Position numbers and translations under genes: made by a program. Shown here in pieces: positions 20,044 to 26,868 of a stretch of DNA of 64,000 bases. The stretch is taken from assembly GCA_965220655.1 (NCBI GenBank), contig CBDCQO010000012.1, positions 234,441-298,440 of the forward strand, read 5' to 3'. Position 1 is the first letter of the stretch. The number at the start of each line of letters is the position of its first letter. Below the pieces are notes generated by a model that had not been told where the DNA came from, did no database searches, and saw only the letters and a program-made list of their open reading frames with translations. This DNA comes from Dehalococcoidia bacterium (GTDB lineage: Bacteria; Chloroflexota; Dehalococcoidia; Lucifugimonadales; Australimonadaceae).

Positions 20044-20082
20044 TCCCCTCTCCCTACAAGGGGAGAGGGAGAGGGAGAGGGT
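20044..20082 (+). repeat. Dispersed repeat, family C copy 1 (also a terminator-like hairpin after purL)
   Basis: ccctctccc (20046..20054) / gggagaggg (20061..20069) form a 9-bp stem followed by a (gggaga)n run. Related elements lie at 25195..25232 and 25590..25631. Confidence 0.7.
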
Positions 20083-20264
20083 ACTCCGGGGGCGCGGGGG
20101 TGTCCCCCACAACAGCATCCCCGCAAAACGCAAGCGGTGCGTTCACCGGAATTCGCCGGACTCCGCGCGTGGGGCCGCCCGCCCCGCTGTGCCACAATCC
20201 CCCGCGGCGCGGATAGTGACACCAGCCCCTTGTGCGATGAGCACGCGGAGGAGCAGCCTGTCGG

Positions 20265-20273
20265 TGGTATGAT
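20265..20273 (+). promoter_or_regulatory. Extended -10-like element upstream of rplI
   Basis: TGGTATGAT (TGnTAtgAT) lies 36 nt before the rplI ATG. No convincing -35. Confidence 0.3.
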
Positions 20274-20308
20274 GTCCTTTCATACCCCACAGTGCGAGGG
20301 ATTACGAG

Positions 20309-20923
20309 ATGAAGGTCATCTTTCTCGAAGATGTGGCCGGCGCCGCTGATGCCGGCGAGGTCAAAGACGTCAAGAACGGGTTCGCCCGCAACTTCCTGCT
20401 GCCCCGCGGGCTTGCCGCCCCGGCGACCCCCGGACAGCTCCAGCGCATACGCGCTATCGAAGCCGCGGCGAAGCAGAAGCGCCTCCAGTACTCCGAGGAG
20501 TGGGGGCAGGTCGCCGCGCTGATTCAGGGCATGGAGGTGCCCGTAGAGGTGCGCGTGGGCCCGAACGGGCGCCTCTTCGGCTCCGTCACCGGACGCCATA
20601 TCGCCGACCGGCTCTCCGCTGCAACCGGCCGCACGATTGACCACCGGCAGGTGCTCCTCGGCGCCGCCATCCATGAACCCGGTGACTACCCAGTCAACAT
20701 CCGCCTCTACCGCGAAGTGACTGCTGAGATAACGGTCTCGGTCGTTCCTGAAGGTTACGAGGCTGCCCAGGCTGCGGATGCCGGATCCGAGGACGACGCG
20801 GCCGGGTCCGAAGAGAGCACCTGGGAAGAGTACGAAGACGAAGACCAGTCCCCCGACGACGACTACGACGAAGACGAAGATGAGCCCGGGGACGGCATAA
20901 CCGGAGAAGAAGAGGAGCCGTAG
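20309..20923 (+). CDS. rplI: 50S ribosomal protein L9 with long acidic C-terminal tail
   Basis: Track ORF of 204 aa. L9 N-terminus MKVIFLEDV...GEVKDVKNGFARNFLLPRGLA. The last ~55 aa are Asp/Glu-rich (EYEDEDQSPDDDYDEDEDEPGDGITGEEEEP). Confidence 0.92.
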   Translation: MKVIFLEDVAGAADAGEVKDVKNGFARNFLLPRGLAAPATPGQLQRIRAIEAAAKQKRLQYSEEWGQVAALIQGMEVPVEVRVGPNGRLFGSVTGRHIADRLSAATGRTIDHRQVLLGAAIHEPGDYPVNIRLYREVTAEITVSVVPEGYEAAQAADAGSEDDAAGSEESTWEEYEDEDQSPDDDYDEDEDEPGDGITGEEEEP

Positions 20924-20935
20924 GAACGAGGCAGG

Positions 20936-22300
20936 ATGTATGCGGAGAAGCTCCCACCACATGACGCGGATGCGGAAGAAGCGGTCATTGGCTCCCTCCT
21001 CATAGATGGGGAGGTGATCAACCGCATCGCGCCGCTCGTAGCGGTAGACGACTTCTACCGCGAGCGTAACCGGTGGTGCTACCAGGCCTGTCAGTCCCTC
21101 TACCAGCGCGGCGAGCCCATAGACCAGATCAGCGTTGCCCGTGAGCTTTCGCTCAGGGAGCGGCTTGAAGAGGTCGGCGGCCCCGGCTACCTCAGCCACG
21201 TCATCGCGGCGGTGCCCACGTCTGTCCACGCGGAGCACTTCGCCCGCATCGTCAACCGCACCGCAACCATGCGCAGGCTCATACAGGCCGCGGGCGACAT
21301 CGCAACTATCGGCTACGAGGACTCCCCCGATACGGAGCAGGCCCTCGAACGTGCGGAGGACATCCTCTTCCGCGTCCGCAACACCCACGTCACGCGCGAC
21401 TTCGTCACGATACGGGAAGTGCTGGACCAGTACCTCGAGGAGGCGTCCGATACCGCGCCGCTCGATCACGGCGTCGCGCCCATCCCCACCGGTTTCATCG
21501 ACCTCGACAACGCCCTCGGCCGCCTGCAGCGCGGCGACCTCTTCATCCTCGCGGCCCGTCCCGCGCTCGGCAAGTCGACCCTCGCCATGAACATCGCCCG
21601 CAACGCGGCGGGGCAGGGCGCCGTCGCCGCCGTCGTCAGCCTGGAGATGAGCCGCGAGCAGCTCGCGCTCCGCCTCCTCTCCGCCGAGGCGGAGGTCGAC
21701 AGCCACCTCCTGCGTATCGGCCTCCTCGGCGATACCGCACAGGCGCGCGTCATACACGGCATCGGCGCTCTCTCTGACCTCGCCATCTACATGGACGACT
21801 CGCCCGCCCAGACCGTCCTGGAGATGCGCTCCAAGCTCCGTCGGCTGCACACTGGAAGGAGCATCGACCTCGTCATCGTCGACTACCTTCAGCTCATCTC
21901 GGGAAGGGAGAATCGGGGCGAGAACCGCGTGCAGGAGTTGAGCGACATCACCCGCCAGTTGAAGGCCATCGCACGCGACCTCAACGTGCCGGTCATCGCC
22001 ATCTCCCAGCTCTCCCGCGCCATTGAGCAGCGCCCCGACCACCATCCGCAGCTCTCCGACCTCCGCGAGTCCGGCAGCATCGAGCAGGACGCTGACGTCG
22101 TTGCCTTCATCCATCGCGATGACAAGTACATGAGCCCGGAACAATGGGAGCAGCGCCACCCGACTGACCCCTATCCGGAGAACCTCGCGCAACTGGTCAT
22201 CGCCAAGAACCGCCACGGCCCCACGCGCTCCATCCACCTCTTCTTCGACGGCAAGTACTCGCGCTTCCTGAACTTGGCGACCGAACCGGCGACCCTATGA
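20936..22300 (+). CDS. dnaB: Replicative DNA helicase
   Basis: Track ORF of 454 aa. N-terminus PPHDADAEEAVIGSLL, Walker A ARPALGKST, IVDYLQLI, SQLSR. Confidence 0.95.
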   Translation: MYAEKLPPHDADAEEAVIGSLLIDGEVINRIAPLVAVDDFYRERNRWCYQACQSLYQRGEPIDQISVARELSLRERLEEVGGPGYLSHVIAAVPTSVHAEHFARIVNRTATMRRLIQAAGDIATIGYEDSPDTEQALERAEDILFRVRNTHVTRDFVTIREVLDQYLEEASDTAPLDHGVAPIPTGFIDLDNALGRLQRGDLFILAARPALGKSTLAMNIARNAAGQGAVAAVVSLEMSREQLALRLLSAEAEVDSHLLRIGLLGDTAQARVIHGIGALSDLAIYMDDSPAQTVLEMRSKLRRLHTGRSIDLVIVDYLQLISGRENRGENRVQELSDITRQLKAIARDLNVPVIAISQLSRAIEQRPDHHPQLSDLRESGSIEQDADVVAFIHRDDKYMSPEQWEQRHPTDPYPENLAQLVIAKNRHGPTRSIHLFFDGKYSRFLNLATEPATL

Positions 22301-22950
22301 CCGAGTCGACGTTCCCCGGGTTCGGGGCTGCTGTGAAGCGGTTGCCTGTCCCTGCGCCACTGCTCGCATCCCTCCTGGCCGACATCGCCGACTGCGCCGA
22401 GTTGAAGTGCACGCTGCGCTTCCTCTGGTACGAGGCCCAGCAGAGCGGCGCGCCGAAGCGCGTTCCGGCCTCGGCCCTGCGGACTGACGGCGTTCTGCTG
22501 GAAGCCCTCGGCTCCGAGGATGAGATCGAGCGCGGCATCGCGCTGGCGGTCGAGCGCGGTGCCCTCATTGAAGCGGGAGACTGGCTCCTGCTCCGCACGC
22601 CTCAGAACGAGCGCGCCGCTGGACGGTTCGGCCCCGCTCCGGCGCAGACGGCGGTCGGTCAACCGTCAGAACGCCCCAACGTCTTTCAGTTGTACGAAGA
22701 GAACATTGGTATGCTGACGCCGATGGTCGCCGACGAGTTGCGTGCCGCTGAGGAGGAATACCCCTCCGGGTGGGTGGAGGCGGCCATACGCGAGGCGACT
22801 GCGGGTAGCGTCCGCAGTTGGCGCTACATCGAAGCCATACTGGAACGCTGGAAACGCGAAGGGAGAGGAGCAAGGCCGAGTGGAAAGCCTGGGAGACATT
22901 CTGAGGCGCTTACAGCAGCGGAACTTCTCGAACGTCGCCGCCGTTCCTGA
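22297..22950 (+). CDS. DnaD-domain (replication initiation/helicase-loading accessory) protein
   Basis: Track ORF of 217 aa. The ATG overlaps the dnaB stop (ATGA). The C-terminal NVFQLYEENIGMLTPMVADELRAAEEEYPSGWVEAAIREA...RSWRYIEAILERWKRE matches the DnaD/DnaB_2 repeat as I recall it. Confidence 0.75.
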   Translation: MTESTFPGFGAAVKRLPVPAPLLASLLADIADCAELKCTLRFLWYEAQQSGAPKRVPASALRTDGVLLEALGSEDEIERGIALAVERGALIEAGDWLLLRTPQNERAAGRFGPAPAQTAVGQPSERPNVFQLYEENIGMLTPMVADELRAAEEEYPSGWVEAAIREATAGSVRSWRYIEAILERWKREGRGARPSGKPGRHSEALTAAELLERRRRS

Positions 22951-24274
22951 CTGGGTACAGCGACTCGACGCCGAGACCGCCAGTATTGACTCCTGCCCCA
23001 CCTGCGGCGGCCAGGGCTGGGTGCGCCGCGACGTGCCCGTCGACGACCCGGACTTCGGCCGCGCCTTCCCGTGCCTCTGCCAGGTGCAGCGAATCGAGTC
23101 GGACCGCCTCGCGCGACTACAGCGCTACAGTAGACTTGGCGTTCTGTATCACGTCACTTTCGGGAATTTGCCTCCGAGCGGTCCTGGCGTTGGGCCTGAG
23201 GCGAACGCTCGGTACGATGCCGCTCTCCGTGCTACACGAGCATTCGCCGAGACGCCCGTCGGCTCCCTGTTGCTCACCGGCGGCTACGGCACGGGCAAGA
23301 CCTGTCTCGCCGCCGCCGCTGCCAACCGTCTCATCCAGCAGGGACACCCCGTCCTCTTCACCTTCGTCCCTGACCTGCTCGACCAGCTCCGGGGCGGCTA
23401 TGCGGACGACGCGGAACTCTCCCACGACGAGGTGTTCGAGCAGGTCAAGAACGTCCCCGTGCTCGTCCTGGACGACATCGGCGCGCATAACGGCACTCCG
23501 TGGGCTGAGGAGAAGCTCTTCCAGGTCGTCAACCACCGCTACCTCAACGGCCTGCCCACCATCCTTACCTCGGCCATTCCCCTCGAGCGGCTGGACGGAC
23601 GCCTCCAGAGCAAGCTTACAGACCCTCGCAACGCGCTCGTCATCGACATGGGCGGGGCTACCGGTGCGAGGACCATGAGCCTCGGGGGCATCCCTCATGC
23701 CATGCTCAGCGGCATGACCTTCGACTCCTTTGAACCCCAGGGCCGGTCCCGCACGAGAGAGGACAGGGAGACGCTCGCTGCTGCTCTGTATGCCTCGCGA
23801 GCCTTCGCTGGAGAGCCGGACGGCTGGCTCGTCCTGGTGGGCGGCCCCGGCTGCGGCAAGACCCACCTCGCCGTCGCCGTTGCCAACCGGCAACTCGCGC
23901 AAGGTGGCGACGTCTTCTTCGCCTTCGTGCCCGACCTGCTTGATCACCTCCGCTACACTTTCAGTCCGGACAGCCGCGTCACCTACGACGAACTGTTCGA
24001 CCGCATCAAGCAGGCGCCGCTGCTCATCATGGACGACCTGGGCTCCGAGAGTTCCACGTCCTGGGCGGACGAGAAGCTCTACCAGATCATCGTCCACCGG
24101 CATAACGCCCGCCTCCCCACCGTCATCACCATGCGCACCCTTCCATCCGGCCCGGCCGATCCCGTCGCCTCGCGCCTCAACGATGCCCGTATGGTGACAG
24201 AGGTCCCTATCACTGCGCCGGACTACCGTCAGACGGGGCGCGTTCGGCAGGAGCCCCGCCGCGATGTCTCGTAG
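22880..24274 (+). CDS. DnaC/DnaI-like helicase loader with two tandem AAA+ modules
   Basis: The start is inferred as GTG 22880 (SD GGGAGAGGAG at 22861..22870), giving a 71-nt overlap with the dnaD-like gene. CPTCGGQGW...FPCLC zinc-ribbon-like N-terminus. Module 1 has GGYGTGKT (23279..23302) and VLVLDDIG. Module 2 has GGPGCGKT (23840..23863) and LLIMDDLG. Confidence 0.8.
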   Translation: MESLGDILRRLQQRNFSNVAAVPDWVQRLDAETASIDSCPTCGGQGWVRRDVPVDDPDFGRAFPCLCQVQRIESDRLARLQRYSRLGVLYHVTFGNLPPSGPGVGPEANARYDAALRATRAFAETPVGSLLLTGGYGTGKTCLAAAAANRLIQQGHPVLFTFVPDLLDQLRGGYADDAELSHDEVFEQVKNVPVLVLDDIGAHNGTPWAEEKLFQVVNHRYLNGLPTILTSAIPLERLDGRLQSKLTDPRNALVIDMGGATGARTMSLGGIPHAMLSGMTFDSFEPQGRSRTREDRETLAAALYASRAFAGEPDGWLVLVGGPGCGKTHLAVAVANRQLAQGGDVFFAFVPDLLDHLRYTFSPDSRVTYDELFDRIKQAPLLIMDDLGSESSTSWADEKLYQIIVHRHNARLPTVITMRTLPSGPADPVASRLNDARMVTEVPITAPDYRQTGRVRQEPRRDVS

Positions 24275-24701
24275 CGTCCCTTCGGGCGGCTCGGGTGAGT
24301 GCGCGTTCTGCGGCATCGCATCCGGCGCGCTCCCACGCCGCATCCGCTACCAGGACGACGAACTCGTCGCCTTCGACAATGCACTCGATTGGGCGCCGCT
24401 CATGTACCTCGTTGCGCCGGTCGTCCACATGAGCCAGCAGGAGTTCTGGCAGTCGCCGCTCTTCTCCCGCGCTGCGCAACTCGCCGTCGAGCTCGGCGGG
24501 TCCGACGCGCCCGGCGGCTTCCGCATCGTCTCCAACTTCGGCGCCGACGCGATGCAGTCCCAGCCACACGGTCACCTGCACGTACTCGGCGGAGCGCACC
24601 TCGGCCTCTACATGGACTTCCCCGGCAAGAGTGACTTCTGGCTCCGCTTCTACGGCAGCGAACAGCACGACCCCCTCACCTTCCGGAAGCGCCATCCGTG
24701 A
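24264..24701 (+). CDS. HIT-family hydrolase
   Basis: Track ORF of 145 aa. Histidine triad QPHGHLHVLGG. 11-nt overlap with the upstream gene. Confidence 0.85.
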   Translation: MSRSVPSGGSGECAFCGIASGALPRRIRYQDDELVAFDNALDWAPLMYLVAPVVHMSQQEFWQSPLFSRAAQLAVELGGSDAPGGFRIVSNFGADAMQSQPHGHLHVLGGAHLGLYMDFPGKSDFWLRFYGSEQHDPLTFRKRHP

Positions 24702-24708
24702 GCGCCTT

Positions 24709-24751
24709 GTCATTTCGAGCGGAGCGCAGCGGAGTCGAGAAATCTCTCGGG
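24709..24751 (+). repeat. Dispersed repeat, family A copy 2
   Basis: gtcATTTCgagcggagc...ggagtcgaGAAATctctcgggg, ending 14 nt before the crcB ATG. Confidence 0.75.
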
Positions 24752-24765
24752 GTCTGGCATAACCC

Positions 24766-25143
24766 ATGACTGACCTCCTCCTCGTCGGTATGGGCGGCTT
24801 CATCGGCGCGGCGTCGCGTTACGGCGTCATCCTCGGCGTATCCCGCCTGCTCGGCCAGCCGACCTTCCCGTGGGGAGTGCTCGCCGTCAACGTCCTCGGC
24901 TCCCTGCTCATCGGCGTGCTCGCGGGCCTCGCCGAGACGCGCAACCTCTTCGGGCCGGGCGCCCGTCTCTTCCTCTTCGTCGGCGTGCTCGGCGGGTTCA
25001 CCACCTTCTCCGCCATAACCAACGACACCCTTGCGCTCCTGCGCAGCGCCGCATACCTCTCCGCTGCCGCGAACGTCCTCCTCACCGTGGCCCTCGGCCT
25101 CGCCGCCGTCGCTGTAGGCTACGCCGCCGCCCGCGCCCTCTAG
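24766..25143 (+). CDS. crcB: Fluoride ion channel CrcB/FluC
   Basis: Track ORF of 125 aa with 4 hydrophobic helices. Pattern GGFIGAASRY...NVLGSLLIG...GGFTTFS. Confidence 0.9.
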   Translation: MTDLLLVGMGGFIGAASRYGVILGVSRLLGQPTFPWGVLAVNVLGSLLIGVLAGLAETRNLFGPGARLFLFVGVLGGFTTFSAITNDTLALLRSAAYLSAAANVLLTVALGLAAVAVGYAAARAL

Positions 25144-25154
25144 CACCTTGCCCC

Positions 25155-25181
25155 CGTCGTTCCTGCGCAGGCAGGAACCTC
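25155..25181. repeat. Short palindromic repeat, family B copy 2
   Basis: cgtcgttcctgcgcaggcaggaacctcg. The stem gttcctgc/gcaggaac is identical to 5058..5077. It lies 12 nt after the crcB stop. Confidence 0.8.
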
Positions 25182-25194
25182 GTCTGGGCGCCTG

Positions 25195-25232
25195 CTCCCC
25201 TTTCCCTCCGGGAGAGGGCTGGAGGTGAGGGT
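25195..25232 (+). repeat. Dispersed repeat, family C copy 2
   Basis: ctcccctttccctccgggagagggctggaggtgagggt, directly following the family B copy. Confidence 0.7.
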
Positions 25233-25263
25233 TGCCATGCTGTTTCTCTGACACACGCCCGTT

Positions 25264-25283
25264 GCGCGGACAACGCGCTTTTT
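25264..25283 (+). terminator. Weak terminator-like hairpin + T5
   Basis: gcgcg-gacaa-cgcgc followed by ttttt. The stem is only 5 bp. Confidence 0.3.
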
Positions 25284-25531
25284 CCTACGATGGCTGCATG
25301 ACCCACCTAACCCACTGCCGCGCCCGAACGGCCCCATGCCTCGTCGCTCCCGCAGCGGACCGTGATGAGTCAGGATGCAACACGATGAAACACCCTCCCC
25401 GCCCGCAGAAAGTGTGAATCGATGAAATCTTGTTGCCTTGTTCACAGGAAGCAGGCCGTGGCCTTGGAAACACCCCTGGACAAGGAGATCAAGGCACTCA
25501 TATTGCAGGCCCCGTTTACTCCTGAGACGTT

Positions 25532-25572
25532 GAACAAGATTCCAGGAATCGCGGCCCGTTGGAATCTTGTTC
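25532..25572. repeat. 12-bp perfect inverted repeat with 17-nt spacer
   Basis: gaacaagattcc (25532..25543) / ggaatcttgttc (25561..25572). A 9-nt partial direct copy, aatcttgtt, lies at 25426..25434. Confidence 0.7.
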
Positions 25573-25589
25573 GCTCCCGCGCTCTGGCA

Positions 25590-25631
25590 CTCCCTCTCCC
25601 GATGAGCGGGAGAAGGGCCAGAGGTGCGGGT
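25590..25631 (+). repeat. Dispersed repeat, family C copy 3
   Basis: ctccctctcccgatgagcgggagaagggccagaggtgcgggt. Confidence 0.65.
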
Positions 25632-25662
25632 TGGAGGAGGCCGGGCGTGACGCTCCCCGCGC

Positions 25663-25691
25663 TTGACCGTCGTGCCGTAGGGGAACATACT
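25663..25691 (+). promoter_or_regulatory. Candidate promoter of amidohydrolase gene
   Basis: TTGACC (25663..25668) - 17 nt - CATACT (25686..25691). The ATG at 25736 is preceded by GAGGAGGG. Confidence 0.5.
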
Positions 25692-25735
25692 CTGCCCGTT
25701 AGCCATACATTCGAGGGAGACTGAGGAGGGCCAGC

Positions 25736-26848
25736 ATGGGACGCGTAGTAGACGTAGACACGCACATCGCCGAACCGCCGGAGATGTGGGATTTCCTGGA
25801 CCCGGACTGGCACAAGCGTCGGCCCGTCGTCGTGCAGGTGCCCGACGACACCCTCTATGGCCGTGTGGACCACATGTGGCTCATCGACGGCCAGATCTAT
25901 CCTCGTCCGGCAGGTCGAGGGGGCAACTTCCTCGTCACTCCAACCGCGCAGGCCAACGTGCGTGACCGCGTTGACAGGAAGGCGCGCGAGTTGCTCGACC
26001 TCCCGATGCGCTTCGAGGACATGCAGGCCACGAACGTGGACACGCAGGTCGTCTACCCCACACTCTTCCTCGCCTACCTCACCCACGACGCCGCCTACGA
26101 GGTCGAGTTGTGCAAGGCGTACAACCGCTTCCTCGCCGATGTCTGGGCGAAGGCGGAAGACCGCATCCGCTACGTCGTCATTCCCCCGCTGCGCAACATC
26201 GACGCTTCCATCAGTGAGCTTCGCTTCGGCAAGGAGCACGGTGCGTGCGGCGTCTTCTTCCGGGGCATCGAGGGCGACAAGACCTTGGACGACCCCTACT
26301 TCTTCCCGGTCTACGAGGAGGCCCAGTCGCTCGGCCTGCCCATCTGCATCCACCAGGGACAGGGCGCGCCTGCGCTCAACTACCTGATCGACGTCAGCCG
26401 CAGCCACACCTTCACCCACGGACGCATCCCCCCTGTCGTCGCCTTCCGCAACCTCGTCTCGAACAAGGTGCCGGAGCTCTTCCCTGACCTGCGGTGGGGC
26501 TTCATCGAGACCGGCGCTACCTGGGTCCCGTTCGCCATGTACCAGCTGCGCGGCACGCTCCGCGCCGACCGGGATTTCTGGGGCCCCCGCCTCTTCGATG
26601 AGTACAACATGTGGGTCTCCTACGAGGTCGAGGAAGACCTGCCCTACCTGATGCAGTACGTCGGCGAGGACCACCTCGTCGTCGGCACCGACTATGGGCA
26701 TCACACTCCCGGGACGACCGATCGCCTCGCCGCCGACCCGTCGGCGCAGGTGCACTGCGTCAACCAGATGCGCTCACGGGACGACATCTCCTCGGCAACC
26801 GCGGAGAAGATCCTGACGGACAACGCCACGGCGCTGTACGGCGTGTAA
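25736..26848 (+). CDS. Amidohydrolase-2 (ACMSD-like metal-dependent hydrolase) family protein
   Basis: Track ORF of 370 aa. N-terminal VVDVDTHI metal-binding pattern, VGTDYGH near the C-terminus. Confidence 0.75.
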   Translation: MGRVVDVDTHIAEPPEMWDFLDPDWHKRRPVVVQVPDDTLYGRVDHMWLIDGQIYPRPAGRGGNFLVTPTAQANVRDRVDRKARELLDLPMRFEDMQATNVDTQVVYPTLFLAYLTHDAAYEVELCKAYNRFLADVWAKAEDRIRYVVIPPLRNIDASISELRFGKEHGACGVFFRGIEGDKTLDDPYFFPVYEEAQSLGLPICIHQGQGAPALNYLIDVSRSHTFTHGRIPPVVAFRNLVSNKVPELFPDLRWGFIETGATWVPFAMYQLRGTLRADRDFWGPRLFDEYNMWVSYEVEEDLPYLMQYVGEDHLVVGTDYGHHTPGTTDRLAADPSAQVHCVNQMRSRDDISSATAEKILTDNATALYGV

Positions 26849-26868
26849 CCGAGAGCAGTTCCGGACTC

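Noticed and set aside
20060-20082. (GGGAGA)n run that could look like a micro-array of repeats
   Set aside because: There are three to four contiguous 6-mers with no spacers. It is part of the family C hairpin element, not a CRISPR array.
22742-22879. Earlier GTG start (22742) for the tandem DnaC-like gene
   Set aside because: It would overlap the dnaD-like gene by 209 nt and add an Arg/Pro-rich segment. GTG 22880 has a GGGAGAGGAG SD ~10 nt upstream. The start remains unverified.
24702-24765. Possible fluoride riboswitch upstream of crcB
   Set aside because: The spacer is filled by a family A repeat and lacks the GGCGAUGG...CUGAUGAU core of the crcB motif. It should still be checked with cmsearch.
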